From NCBI GenBank assembly GCA_019744845.1, contig JAIETW010000002.1, positions 5,759 through 69,758 of the forward strand: a stretch of DNA of 64,000 bases, given 5' to 3'. Of this stretch, positions 30,425-41,059 are shown piece after piece; within the stretch, counting starts at the first letter, position 1; each line of letters starts with the position of its first letter. This DNA comes from Patescibacteria group bacterium (GTDB lineage: Bacteria; Patescibacteriota; Minisyncoccia; Phycocordibacterales; Phycocordibacteraceae). Position numbers and translations under genes: made by a program. The notes beneath the pieces were generated by a model. It saw only the letters and a program-made list of their open reading frames with translations. It was not told the origin of the DNA and made no database searches.

Positions 30425-31811
30425 AGGACTTTTCATTCTACTCATATTTTTTGTCGCAGATACTGCACATGCTGCAGTACGGATTAACGAGGTTGCGTGG
30501 ATGGGAACGGATGCGGGTGGGGCAAGTTGTGAGTGGGTAGAGTTGTTTAACGGAAGTGGAGAGACGGTAGATCTTTCTACATGGACACTCACCATACAAA
30601 ATGCGGGGAGCGCGACCTCAAAAGTGATTGCGCTTAACGAGGAGGGAAGTGCGGAGTTTTCAGGAATTGCAGGAAATGGGTATTACCTCATTGCACGCGA
30701 CTCAGGATCCTGTCGCTCACTTGCACCCGCCACGTCTGCAGACTGGCTCGGATCATTTGGCAGCGGTATTTCTAATACTGGTGCAGTACTTACCCTTTCC
30801 GAGGGGAGTACCATCGTAGATACGATTGACGCAGACGGTGGGTGGTCCTCGTCAATTGGTGGGAAGAATGTGTCAGGAAGTGCCAAGCAAACTCCTCAGT
30901 ACACCGGAAATGCATGGATTACTGCACTTCCAACTCCTCGCAGTGCGAATGCGACCACACCGGTAGATACGCTTCCAGATGATCATGACGATGTCGCCTC
31001 ATCTACTCCTGTAGTCACTATCGGAGGAAGTACGCCCGTTGTTCCTGCGGTAAGTCCGATTATTAAACTCTTTCTTGAACCCGGACCCAATCGGGTCGTA
31101 CCTGCGGGTGCCGATACTCCGTACGAGGTAATCGTGTATGACGCGACTGGAAAGCTGTACCCGCACGCGGACGTGACCTGGAGTTTTGGAGATGGTGGAT
31201 CACGAGGAGGGAAAAGCGTGTCCTATGCGTATCGTGAGCCGGGAGAATATCTTGCGGTCGTTCGCGCACGAGAGAAAGGGCAGTCTGCAGTGGCGACGGT
31301 GTCCGTGATTGCACAACCATTTCAAATTTCAATGGAGGAGGATACTGAACGAGGAGTGGTGATTGGAAACCACAGCCCGACTCTTGCGGACCTTTCCTCG
31401 TGGAAAATAAAAGCAGGGAAGAAGAGCTTCACCCTTCCGCCTGATACGGTGGTGCCCGCAGGGAAGTCAGTCTTGCTCTCGTCTCTGGTGACACGACTTC
31501 CGACTAGTACGCCTTCAGAACTTCTATACCCGAACGGAGAACGGGTCGCACTCCATACTCCCGAGCAACCTTCTCTCGCTTCCGAGAGTATAGAAGAGAG
31601 GCAGGAGGTCGTTCCCGCGGTAGCAGCCCCTAGAGTGGTTCCCACGTATGCCAAAGACCCCATAGCCCCCGCCGCGCAAGCACAACTTGCCGCGGTGGGG
31701 GCCGCAGTGCCGGGCAAGGTCATACTTAAAGGAGAGGCTGAGCCACTGAACGCTATTGGGTATTTCTTTGAGGACCTCCTTGCATCCTTTGCCTCTTTCA
31801 TCGTACGCTGA
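30417..31811 (+). CDS. Lamin-tail domain + PKD surface protein
   Basis: Signal peptide; VRINEVAWMG, EWVELFN...VDLS.W, TP...N; WSFGDG (PKD); second LTD-like DLSSWKI. Confidence 0.75.
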   Translation: MYKGLFILLIFFVADTAHAAVRINEVAWMGTDAGGASCEWVELFNGSGETVDLSTWTLTIQNAGSATSKVIALNEEGSAEFSGIAGNGYYLIARDSGSCRSLAPATSADWLGSFGSGISNTGAVLTLSEGSTIVDTIDADGGWSSSIGGKNVSGSAKQTPQYTGNAWITALPTPRSANATTPVDTLPDDHDDVASSTPVVTIGGSTPVVPAVSPIIKLFLEPGPNRVVPAGADTPYEVIVYDATGKLYPHADVTWSFGDGGSRGGKSVSYAYREPGEYLAVVRAREKGQSAVATVSVIAQPFQISMEEDTERGVVIGNHSPTLADLSSWKIKAGKKSFTLPPDTVVPAGKSVLLSSLVTRLPTSTPSELLYPNGERVALHTPEQPSLASESIEERQEVVPAVAAPRVVPTYAKDPIAPAAQAQLAAVGAAVPGKVILKGEAEPLNAIGYFFEDLLASFASFIVR

Positions 31812-31818
31812 TCTGATT

Positions 31819-32661
31819 ATGTCTACTATTCTTGTGACCGGAGGAGCCGGGTTCATTGGCACCCATATGGTGCGTCGTTTAGTAGCAGACGGGCATAGTG
31901 TGATTGTGCTTGATAACTACTTCACTGGTTCAAAAGAAAATCATGTGCCAGGCGCGGAGTACAGAGAAGGGCACACGAAGGATATTAAGACTCTTATCCC
32001 GGAGAGCCCTGATCTTATTTTTCATCTTGGTGAATACTCACGCGTAGAGCGGAGCCTTTCAGAGCCTGAGGTCGTGTGGGATTTAAATAAAGACGGCACC
32101 TTTGCGGTGCTTGAGTTTGTACGAGAACGCGGAGGGAAACTCGTGTACGCAGGCTCATCAACGAAGTTTGGTGACGGAGGATTGAATCGTGACCAGACGC
32201 CATACGCATGGAGCAAGGCGACTAATACTGAACTCGTGCGTAACTATGGGCACTGGTACTCCATTCCATATGCCATTACCTATTTCTATAACGTGTATGG
32301 TCCAGGAGAGCTTGCGGGGAAGTACGGGACAGTGATTGAGATCTTTAAACAGAAAGTAAAGAACAGGGAACCTATCACGGTCACTGCACCAGGGACACAG
32401 AAGCGTAACTTCACGCATGTCGCCGATATTGTGGAAGGTCTCGTACGCGTGGGGAAGGATGGACTAGGGGATGACTTCGGTATTGGCGACGAGCGTTCCT
32501 ACTCCATTCTTGAAGTGGCACAAATGTTTGGTGGTGAAATTAAAATGATGCCCGAAGTACCCGGAAATCGTATGGGTTCTGATATTGATACGAGTAAGAT
32601 GCGGAAGCTTGGGTGGACGGCGACTCGCTCGCTTCCTGATTACATCCGCGAGTGCCAATGA
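31819..32661 (+). CDS. NAD-dependent epimerase/dehydratase
   Basis: VTGGAGFIG, YAWSK, FYNVYGPG, GTQKRNFTHV. Confidence 0.88.
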   Translation: MSTILVTGGAGFIGTHMVRRLVADGHSVIVLDNYFTGSKENHVPGAEYREGHTKDIKTLIPESPDLIFHLGEYSRVERSLSEPEVVWDLNKDGTFAVLEFVRERGGKLVYAGSSTKFGDGGLNRDQTPYAWSKATNTELVRNYGHWYSIPYAITYFYNVYGPGELAGKYGTVIEIFKQKVKNREPITVTAPGTQKRNFTHVADIVEGLVRVGKDGLGDDFGIGDERSYSILEVAQMFGGEIKMMPEVPGNRMGSDIDTSKMRKLGWTATRSLPDYIRECQ

Positions 32662-33866
32662 AAAAGGTTTTAATCTTCTCGCTCAATTATTACCCTCGTT
32701 TTATTGGCGGGGCAGAGGTGGCGATTAAAGAAATCACCGATCGGCTTACCGATACTGAATTTCATGTCCTCACCCTTCGGTTTGACTCTACGCTTCCTAA
32801 GAAAGAAGTCATTGGCCGTACGACCGTGCATCGGATTGGGTTTGCGGTACCCAACCCTTCAATTGGAGACTTGAAGAAGTTCCCACTTCATTTCAACAAA
32901 CATTACTATCAGCTTGCGGCAGTAGGGAAGGCACTTGCGCTCCACCGCCAACATCATTTTGACGGTATCTGGGCAATGATGGCACATTCCTGCGCGATTC
33001 CCGCAGGCATCGTGAGATGGCGCACCGGGGTTCCGTATCTTCTTACTCTTCAAGAGGGAGATCCGCCTGAATATATAGAGCGCACTATGCGCCCCGTGTT
33101 TCCGCTCTTTAAAAATGGATTTACATCCGCCACACATCTACAAGCGATCTCTTCGTTCTTGCTTGCCTGGGGAATGCGCATGGGTTTTAAAGGAGATTCA
33201 GTCGTGATACCAAATGCAGTAGACACGGCGCGCTTTGGGATCTCTCTTTCTCCAGCAGAGCGAGCACAGGCACGCGAAACGATTGGTCTTCTCGCGGACG
33301 ATGTGGCGCTTGTCACCACGTCGCGATTGGTGCACAAGAATGCACTTGATGATGTGATTGCAGCACTTCCACTTCTCTCACCGAATGTGAAGTTTGTGGT
33401 GTATGGCATCGGACCAGATGAAGAGAAACTTCGTGATCAAGTACAAGAACTAGGACTTACTGATCGTGTGATGTTTATGGGTCAGTTGAATCACGTAGAT
33501 ATGCCGCGTGCACTTGCGGCGTGTGACATATTCATTCGCCCGTCGCGTTCGGAAGGAATGGGAAACTCTTTTGTTGAAGCGATGGCGGCAGGTCTGCCAG
33601 TGATTGCGACGCAAGAAGGAGGTATTGCAGACTTTCTTTTTGATGCCACTCGTAACCCTGATCGTCCTACGACGGGATGGGCAGTGGATGCGAATGCGCC
33701 ACTTCAAATCTCCAAAGCAGTACAGGATATTATCTCGCATCCAGAGAAGGTGGCAGAAGTGCTGAAGAATGCGCGAGCGCTTGCCGTAGAGAAGTACGAC
33801 TGGGAGACGGTCGCAAAGGACATGCGGAACCTGTTTACGCGCATGCTCGGGAACGCGGTACCATAG
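32658..33866 (+). CDS. GT4 glycosyltransferase
   Basis: GGAEVA, PSRSEGMGNSFVEAMAAGLP. Confidence 0.9.
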   Translation: MKKVLIFSLNYYPRFIGGAEVAIKEITDRLTDTEFHVLTLRFDSTLPKKEVIGRTTVHRIGFAVPNPSIGDLKKFPLHFNKHYYQLAAVGKALALHRQHHFDGIWAMMAHSCAIPAGIVRWRTGVPYLLTLQEGDPPEYIERTMRPVFPLFKNGFTSATHLQAISSFLLAWGMRMGFKGDSVVIPNAVDTARFGISLSPAERAQARETIGLLADDVALVTTSRLVHKNALDDVIAALPLLSPNVKFVVYGIGPDEEKLRDQVQELGLTDRVMFMGQLNHVDMPRALAACDIFIRPSRSEGMGNSFVEAMAAGLPVIATQEGGIADFLFDATRNPDRPTTGWAVDANAPLQISKAVQDIISHPEKVAEVLKNARALAVEKYDWETVAKDMRNLFTRMLGNAVP

Positions 33867-33870
33867 CGAT

Positions 33871-34956
33871 ATGCGGCTCGTGATTGCAACGCCTCTGTAT
33901 CCTCCTGACCTAGGAGGCCCTGCAACCTACACGACATTTCTTGAGCGTGAGTTACCTGCGGGAGGCATTGCAGTAGAAGTCGTGTCTTTTGCAGAGGTGC
34001 GCCATCTGCCGAAACTCGTACGGCATTTCTTTTATTACCGAAAGGTACTGAAGACGCTTCGTCGCTCTGATGCCGTGCTTGCCCTTGATCCTGTGTCAGT
34101 AGGAATGCCAGCGATGAAAGCTGCAGAGGAACTTAAGAAGCCACTCCTTCTTAAGGTGGTTGGAGATTATGCATGGGAGCAGGGAAGGCAGAGGTTTGGA
34201 GTCACTGCTCCTCTTGATGAATTTGTGAAAACTCCGCAGAGCTCTTCTTTTGTACGGTTCCTGCAGAAGACACAAAAGATGGTTGCGTCTCGTGCTGTAC
34301 GTATCATTGTCCCGAGCGAATATCTCAAGATGATTGTATCTGCATGGGGGATTCCGGAAACAAAGATTTCTGTGGTGTATAACCTTCCTGACGTATCAGA
34401 GATTGGCGAGGAGCGAGAGTTCGGACTTTCTTCTCCGCGAGTGGTGACTGTCGCGCGACTCGTTCCTTGGAAGGGAATACAGGGCCTTATGAACGCAGTC
34501 GCGAAAGCACGGGTCCATATCCCATCCCTCTCACTTTTGATCATAGGAGATGGCCCTGATCGTGCACAACTTGAAGCACATGCAAAAACTGTGCTCAGAG
34601 AGAACTACCTATTCACTGGAGCCCTCACACATAAAGATACGCTTGCGGCGATGCGTGGCTCAGAGGTGTTCGCACTCAATACCTCATACGAAGGGTTCTC
34701 TCATGTGCTTCTTGAGGCGGCGGCTCTTGGACTTCCTATCGTCACGACGCCAAGTGGAGGGAACCGTGAGCTTCTCACACACGATGAAAACGCACTTCTC
34801 GTGCCGCCTGAATCTGATGACGCGCTTGCCGAGTCACTCATACGCATTCTTCAACAGCCCGGGTTACGTGAACGCTTGTCTCACCATGCAAAGACAAAAG
34901 TAGAATCACTCGCAGGACCTGATGCACTTGTCTCTCTTATTTCTTCTTGCGTATGA
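33871..34956 (+). CDS. GT4 glycosyltransferase
   Basis: YPPDLGGPATY, ARLVPWKG, YEGFSHVLLEA. Confidence 0.9.
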   Translation: MRLVIATPLYPPDLGGPATYTTFLERELPAGGIAVEVVSFAEVRHLPKLVRHFFYYRKVLKTLRRSDAVLALDPVSVGMPAMKAAEELKKPLLLKVVGDYAWEQGRQRFGVTAPLDEFVKTPQSSSFVRFLQKTQKMVASRAVRIIVPSEYLKMIVSAWGIPETKISVVYNLPDVSEIGEEREFGLSSPRVVTVARLVPWKGIQGLMNAVAKARVHIPSLSLLIIGDGPDRAQLEAHAKTVLRENYLFTGALTHKDTLAAMRGSEVFALNTSYEGFSHVLLEAAALGLPIVTTPSGGNRELLTHDENALLVPPESDDALAESLIRILQQPGLRERLSHHAKTKVESLAGPDALVSLISSCV

Positions 34957-36086
34957 GAGTGCTTTTTATTTCCAATGATCCATCAATGTTTGAAGAGGGA
35001 AGTGACGTACGTCACCGCATGCAGGAATATGCGAAGGTATTAGGAGAACTTCATATCGTCTCTGCCGCATCCCGCACCACGGTCATACAAGAAGGACCAC
35101 TGACACTCCATGGGACATCCGCTCCGAAGTTTCTTCGTGTACAAACTCTTGAATCCATGGCGCGCGCAGTAATTCGTGCACACGATATAGAAGTCGTGTC
35201 GGCACAGGATCCTTTTGAATATGGGCGCGTTGCCATGCGAGCGACGCGTGGTACTTCTGCACGTCTCCATATACAGGTGCACACGGACTTTCTTTCTCCG
35301 TGGTTTATTCGTTCAGGAAACGAACGTTCGCCACGGGTTCCAGTCCCTACGCTTAACCATGTGCGCCGCCGCATTGCAGATACGGTGCTTCCTAAGGCAG
35401 ATGGTATACGAACCGTATCGGTACGGGTACGTGATTCCTTGATTGAACGGTATGGAAACCGTATCCCTGTCCCGACGGTTATACCGATTGGTGTGCAGGG
35501 CGAGGTGCCGGAACCAGTCCCACTTCCATCGCACTCATTTTCTTTCGCACTCATTACGGTGGGTCGCCTGGAAGCAGAGAAACGCATTGAGGATATCCTC
35601 TACGCGCTTGCACGTGTGGGGTACAAGTATACGACTGTGGGGCTGGTGATTGTGGGGGATGGGCGACGTCGGAAATACCTAGAACAACTAGTGCGACGAC
35701 TTGGTCTCACGAGCCGTGTGATCTTCACAGGATGGAGAGATGATTCATGGGGAATGATGCGAAGTGCACATGCGTACATCCAAGCGAGTGCATATGAAGG
35801 ATATGGGCGCACGCTTCTTGAGGCGGCGCGCGCACGACTTCCCATCATTACGACCGACGTGGGGATCGTGGGAGATGTGCTCAGAGGATATGAAGAAGTG
35901 CTTGCCGCTCCTGTCGGCGACCCTGCCGCCCTCGCCACACATATTATTGGTATGGTAGAAGACGTGCAGGCACGAGAGACCTTTGCGGCAGAAGCAAAGC
36001 GCGTCGCAGACGCATACTGTGCAGGACTTCCGAGCCTCCCAGAAGCGATGCGTGATGACCTTGCTCGCATTACTAGTACGGGGTAA
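34953..36086 (+). CDS. GT4 glycosyltransferase
   Basis: VGRLEAEK, YEGYGRTLLEA, TTDVG. Confidence 0.88.
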   Translation: MRVLFISNDPSMFEEGSDVRHRMQEYAKVLGELHIVSAASRTTVIQEGPLTLHGTSAPKFLRVQTLESMARAVIRAHDIEVVSAQDPFEYGRVAMRATRGTSARLHIQVHTDFLSPWFIRSGNERSPRVPVPTLNHVRRRIADTVLPKADGIRTVSVRVRDSLIERYGNRIPVPTVIPIGVQGEVPEPVPLPSHSFSFALITVGRLEAEKRIEDILYALARVGYKYTTVGLVIVGDGRRRKYLEQLVRRLGLTSRVIFTGWRDDSWGMMRSAHAYIQASAYEGYGRTLLEAARARLPIITTDVGIVGDVLRGYEEVLAAPVGDPAALATHIIGMVEDVQARETFAAEAKRVADAYCAGLPSLPEAMRDDLARITSTG

Positions 36087-36097
36087 TACTTGAGGAT

Positions 36098-37438
36098 ATG
36101 ACACCACATGCACGGGCGTATTTTGGTACCGACGGGGTACGTGGCAGGGTAGGAGAGCCTCCACTGACTGCAGACTTCGCCCTTAGGCTTGCGAACGCCG
36201 CAGGACGCGTTCTGGCGCCTCATGGAGGCACAGTCCTCATTGGGAAAGACACGCGCCTCTCAGGATATCTCTTTGAGTCTGCTCTTGAGGCAGGTTTTGT
36301 CGCTGCGGGAGTAGACGTCCTTCTCATTGGTCCACTTCCAACTCCAGGTATTGCGTGCATGACCCGACATTTTAACTGTGACTTCGGTGTAGTGATCAGT
36401 GCCTCACATAACCGGTATGAGGATAATGGGATCAAGTTTTTTGATAAGAATGGAGAGAAACTTTCCGATGAACTTGAGGCAAAGATAGAAGCTCTTCTTG
36501 AAGAGGGACCGATCACTAAGAAATCAGAAGATCTCGGTCGTGCCTCTCGCGTAGATAAGTCACGCGTGGAGTATCAGAAGTTCTGCGCATCTACCGTTTC
36601 TGATCTAGACCTCTCTGGTATGCGTCTTGTGGTGGATTGTGGAAATGGTGCCGGGTTTAAGGTGGGGCCGCGTGTGTTCACTGATCTTGGTGCGAACGTA
36701 GTACCCGTCGGCACTGCGCCGAATGGCACGAATATTAACGATGGGTGCGGCGCAACTGCACCTGAATTGATGCAGCTTCTGACAAAAAGCCTGAAGGCAG
36801 ACGCAGGTATTGCATTTGATGGGGATGGAGATCGTCTCATCATGGCGGACCGTGACGGGAACATGGTAGATGGAGATCAGATTCTCTACATTCTTGCGAT
36901 GGCGAAGAAGGAAGACGGCTCACTCAAGGGACCGGTGATCGGCACACTCATGAGCAACCTTGGACTTGAGGTGGCGCTTACGAACGCAGGCATTCCTTTC
37001 ACACGTGCACAGGTGGGTGACCGGTACGTGCTTGAACTTCTTCACAAAGAACACGGTACGCTCGGAGGGGAAACGTCAGGCCACGTATTGGTGCTTGATA
37101 AGGCAACGACAGGAGATGCGATTGTAGCGGCACTGCAGGTACTCGCCGTCATGAAACGTACTGGGAAGTCGCTTGGAGAGCTCACTCTCGGCATGCAGAA
37201 GTTTCCACAAGTCATGATTAACGTAGAGGTGAAGGAGAAAGGGGATCCTACCTCTATTCCTGAACTTACGCAGGCAGTGAGTGCTGCAGAAGCAGCGCTC
37301 GGAAACGAAGGGCGCATTGTGCTTCGTGCGTCAGGTACCGAGCCAGTGATACGAGTGATGGTAGAGGCCCGAGATGAAGCAACGGCACGGGAGCATGCAG
37401 AGATCCTTGCGGAGGTGGTGCGTATGGCAAAAGGATGA
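36098..37438 (+). CDS. glmM: Phosphoglucosamine mutase
   Basis: YFGTDGVRG, GKDTRLSG, ISASHN, FDGDGDR, VGDRYV, GGETSGH, RASGTEP. Confidence 0.93.
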   Translation: MTPHARAYFGTDGVRGRVGEPPLTADFALRLANAAGRVLAPHGGTVLIGKDTRLSGYLFESALEAGFVAAGVDVLLIGPLPTPGIACMTRHFNCDFGVVISASHNRYEDNGIKFFDKNGEKLSDELEAKIEALLEEGPITKKSEDLGRASRVDKSRVEYQKFCASTVSDLDLSGMRLVVDCGNGAGFKVGPRVFTDLGANVVPVGTAPNGTNINDGCGATAPELMQLLTKSLKADAGIAFDGDGDRLIMADRDGNMVDGDQILYILAMAKKEDGSLKGPVIGTLMSNLGLEVALTNAGIPFTRAQVGDRYVLELLHKEHGTLGGETSGHVLVLDKATTGDAIVAALQVLAVMKRTGKSLGELTLGMQKFPQVMINVEVKEKGDPTSIPELTQAVSAAEAALGNEGRIVLRASGTEPVIRVMVEARDEATAREHAEILAEVVRMAKG

Positions 37439-38466
37439 GAATCCTTGTTGTTACCCAAGCGCTTGATACGGACCATCCGGTTCTCGGGTTCTTTCATCGG
37501 TGGGTAGAAGAGCTTGCACCGCGTGTGTCATCTCTACATGTCATTGCATTATCAGTCGGTACACACGCGGTTCCAGAGAACGTAACCGTGCATTCTCTAG
37601 GGAAGGAGACGGGAGTGCAGCCTTCCTTTATATATGCATGGAGATTCCTGTCTCGTGCGTGGGCATTGAGACATGAATATGATGTTGTGTTCGTACACAT
37701 GAACCAGGAGTATGTATTCCTCGCTGGTCTTATGTGGAAGATGCTTGGGAAGCGCGTGTATCTATGGCGCAATCACTATGCGGGATCATTGTTGACCGAT
37801 GTTGCGTCTATATGGTGCGAGAAAGTTTTTTATACGTCACGAAGCTCATACACCGCACGATATGCGCACGCAGTCCGCATGCCCGTTGGTGTTGAGGTGG
37901 TCACGACTCCTCAGTCCATATCGCGAAAAAAGCAGTCGGTGCTCTGGCTCGGTCGTATCTCTCCTGCAAAGCGACCGGAGTTGTTTGTATCTGCATTGAA
38001 GATACTGAAGGAGCGAGGGGTGGCGTATACCGCAACGGTAGTGGGGTCGCCACTCCCTAAAGATCAGAGATACTATGAATCACTTGTTTCTGAAGCGTCT
38101 GCTCTGGGAGGATCAGTGTCGTTTCTACCTGAGGTGCGACATGCAGATACGCATGCTCTTTTTTCAGCACATGAGTATTTCGTCAACACGTCTCCGTCAG
38201 GCATGTTTGATAAAACAATATTTGAAGCAGCTGCTTCGGACACGATTCCGCTTGCAGTAAGTAATGATTGGCGTGAACTCGTGGACGATGAACGTTTATC
38301 GTTCGGAGCAGACGCACGAGAACTCGCCAACCGCCTAGAAGCCCTTTCTAGCCTTTCAGAGTCTGAGCGACAGGACCTTGTATCTTCACTGCCCACGAAG
38401 GTGGTCACACCACATCGTATTGAGACACTTATGGACCGACTCTTGAAGGAGATGCAAAATACGTAA
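37435..38466 (+). CDS. GT4 glycosyltransferase
   Basis: LGFFHRW, GRISPAK, GMFDKTIFEA. Confidence 0.85.
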   Translation: MRILVVTQALDTDHPVLGFFHRWVEELAPRVSSLHVIALSVGTHAVPENVTVHSLGKETGVQPSFIYAWRFLSRAWALRHEYDVVFVHMNQEYVFLAGLMWKMLGKRVYLWRNHYAGSLLTDVASIWCEKVFYTSRSSYTARYAHAVRMPVGVEVVTTPQSISRKKQSVLWLGRISPAKRPELFVSALKILKERGVAYTATVVGSPLPKDQRYYESLVSEASALGGSVSFLPEVRHADTHALFSAHEYFVNTSPSGMFDKTIFEAAASDTIPLAVSNDWRELVDDERLSFGADARELANRLEALSSLSESERQDLVSSLPTKVVTPHRIETLMDRLLKEMQNT

Positions 38467-38467
38467 T

Positions 38468-39112
38468 ATGACTCATCTTGCACCTACCAGGTCTCTTCTT
38501 CGTCGCGAAGAGTATAAAGCGATTCAGAGCGTCGTCCTTAATGGGGAGGTGCTTGATATAGGCGGTGTTCCAGACGCTCTGTATCACACGCATATAAAAG
38601 GGAGCCACCATATCGTCACGGCAAACATAGATCCAACGACAGGGGCAGACTATACATTTGATGCACAGAAACCCTGGCCGCTTCCCTCAGAGAGTTTTAA
38701 CGGTGTGGTGTGTATGAATGTACTTGAACACCTGTATACACCTGCACCGATGCTTGCGGAGGCACGGCGCGTACTTTCTGCTGAGGGAAAGATAGTAGGC
38801 ACTGTTCCATTTCTGTTCCATATACATGCGTCTCCTGACGACTACTTCCGGTATACCAAAAGTGCACTGACACGATTACTGTCTGATGCAGGCTTCACAC
38901 ATATTCAGGTGAAGGAGCTCGGTACGGGTGCTTTTGCCGTGCTGTATCACTCTCTCGTAGGATTCATGCGCTGGAACTGGATGGCGTCGTTTTTCATGAT
39001 GCTGTGCACGGGCATTGATCGTCTTATATATAAAATACGACCTCACAATCAAATGTCGGCGGTAGAGTTTCCACTAGGCTATATCTTTGAAGCCTCGGTG
39101 CCGAAGAAGTAG
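38468..39112 (+). CDS. Class I SAM methyltransferase
   Basis: VLDIGG, NVLEHL, VPFLF..H..P.DYFRYT. Confidence 0.85.
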   Translation: MTHLAPTRSLLRREEYKAIQSVVLNGEVLDIGGVPDALYHTHIKGSHHIVTANIDPTTGADYTFDAQKPWPLPSESFNGVVCMNVLEHLYTPAPMLAEARRVLSAEGKIVGTVPFLFHIHASPDDYFRYTKSALTRLLSDAGFTHIQVKELGTGAFAVLYHSLVGFMRWNWMASFFMMLCTGIDRLIYKIRPHNQMSAVEFPLGYIFEASVPKK

Positions 39113-39132
39113 CGTCGTGCTAGCATCTTCTT

Positions 39133-39777
39133 ATGCAATCCCTCGAGGCGGTCTACCATGAGCACCATACGAAGCGTCGTGGGGAATTCTTTCTCGTGAA
39201 CGGAGACGCGCGCGGAAGATTTCTACAGGAGCATGTGGGGAAGGGGAAGAAAGTGCTTGATATAGGATGCCGTGATGGCGCACTCACCAGCTACTACGCA
39301 GAAGGGAATGAGGTCACAGGAATAGATATTGACTCAGATGCGCTCGCACGTGCCAAAGAGAAGCTCGGCATTACAACTATCCATGCTGACTTGAATGGTG
39401 AGTGGCCAGTCACTCCTAGTTTTACCACCGTGGTTGCCTGCGAGATCATAGAACATTTGTACTACCCAGGAACGGTGCTTAAGAAAATACACGCAGTGCT
39501 TGCACCAGGTGGGGTGCTTCTCGGAACGATTCCCCACGCATTTTCATTCCAGTGTCGTCTCCGCTACCTTTTTGCCACGAAGAAGGGCACGCCTCTTCAG
39601 GATCCGACGCACATCAATCACTTCACCGTACGTGAACTACGTACTTTGATTGAAGCGGCAGGGTTTACCAATGTCCGCATAGAAACTATTACTGCAACGA
39701 AATGGGCGCTCGTAAGCTGGCTCTTCCCCTATACCTTTGCGCACTCACTTATGTTCTCCGCAGAGAAAGCCGCTTAA
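39133..39777 (+). CDS. Class I SAM methyltransferase
   Basis: VLDIGCRDG, GIDID, EIIEHL, PGG, HINHFT. Confidence 0.85.
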   Translation: MQSLEAVYHEHHTKRRGEFFLVNGDARGRFLQEHVGKGKKVLDIGCRDGALTSYYAEGNEVTGIDIDSDALARAKEKLGITTIHADLNGEWPVTPSFTTVVACEIIEHLYYPGTVLKKIHAVLAPGGVLLGTIPHAFSFQCRLRYLFATKKGTPLQDPTHINHFTVRELRTLIEAAGFTNVRIETITATKWALVSWLFPYTFAHSLMFSAEKAA

Positions 39778-41024
39778 CGTCGCAAGAGAAGAAAGGATGC
39801 AGAGACGGTAAGTACAAGCGCGACAAGAATCTTCGCAGTGATAAGACCCCAGAGTCCATAGAGCGCGATCCCAAAGAACTGGAGGATAATACCAATCACT
39901 GGGAGCGCCGTATTAAACACATAGAGCGAGCGAATCTGGCGTTGCGCAATCAACGCCGCAGAGAATATAGAGCCTACCGTGGTGATCATAGAAAGCGCGT
40001 AGACTTGTGAGAAAGGAATAGCAGCCATGTAGGTAGGGAAGAGAATCATAAAGATGAATGGCGCGATAAGAGCATACGCGCCCGCAAGAAGTGCGACGAG
40101 AACTACCACCCACACCATCCGACTCCAGGACAATGCCTCTTTCGTTGCCTCCTCAGTCTGAGTGGCGAGCATAGGAAGCATGGATGCAGGAATAAACTTC
40201 AAGAGACCACCAAGACGATCAGGAATTGCAGTCGCAAATGCGTAGACGGCGAGTGTCGCTGGGCCGAGGAAGTGAAATACCAAGAAGTTATCTAGTTGCT
40301 GTGCGACGGTACCCAAGATACCCATGACACTCAAGTGTCCGCCAAAAGCAGACGTTTCTTTGTCAGTAGTTTCGTTTGGAGGATGCACGCGGAGTGTGCG
40401 GCGATGTGCAATATAGTGTGCAATTGCTTGGGAGACAAAATGTACGACAAGCAAGATAAGTGCAGAGGCGTGCGCAAAGGCCGCAAGAATGAGTGCGCTG
40501 TAGAACAAAAGATTCACCCAGAGGTTGTAGGTGAAGCTTCGCTTGAAGTCTTTCTTTCCAATCAGGTACGCACCATAGGTGTTGAGAGAGTAGGTGAGGG
40601 GCACAAAAATGCCAAGAATCACAAACCCAACACCGAAGGGTACGTTACCGCGCAAGAAATAGTAACCGGCAATACACAGCGCGACGGCAAGAGGAATCAG
40701 TCCCCAGCGAAGCTGCGTGCGGAGTGAAGAACGGAACATGCCTTCGTTGCCACGGGCGACCGCACGAATCACCGCGCTGTTCATTCCGGTCAGAGTGAGC
40801 GCGCCGAGCAGTCCTCCTGCGGAGAGGAAGTATTGGTAGATACCGTAGGTTTCAGGAGAGAGGGTTCGGGCGAACACGGTATAGAGCGCAAGGGAGAAAA
40901 GGGACGTGAGGACCACTCCTAGGTTTATCCAAAACCCGCTTCCAGCCAAATAGACCATATCGGTCTTGGTGTACTGCTCACTCCAGCGAAGGGCCTGAAG
41001 TGCTCTGGTTTTAAGATAGTCCAT
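39774..41024 (-). CDS. Oligosaccharide flippase (Wzx/MOP family)
   Basis: About 12 TMs; ARTLSPETYGIY; LDNFLVFHFLGPATLAVYAFA. Confidence 0.85.
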   Translation of the reverse strand: MDYLKTRALQALRWSEQYTKTDMVYLAGSGFWINLGVVLTSLFSLALYTVFARTLSPETYGIYQYFLSAGGLLGALTLTGMNSAVIRAVARGNEGMFRSSLRTQLRWGLIPLAVALCIAGYYFLRGNVPFGVGFVILGIFVPLTYSLNTYGAYLIGKKDFKRSFTYNLWVNLLFYSALILAAFAHASALILLVVHFVSQAIAHYIAHRRTLRVHPPNETTDKETSAFGGHLSVMGILGTVAQQLDNFLVFHFLGPATLAVYAFATAIPDRLGGLLKFIPASMLPMLATQTEEATKEALSWSRMVWVVVLVALLAGAYALIAPFIFMILFPTYMAAIPFSQVYALSMITTVGSIFSAALIAQRQIRSLYVFNTALPVIGIILQFFGIALYGLWGLITAKILVALVLTVSASFLLLRR

Positions 41025-41059
41025 AGGGAGGAACGCTCATGGTATATACTAGCAACACT

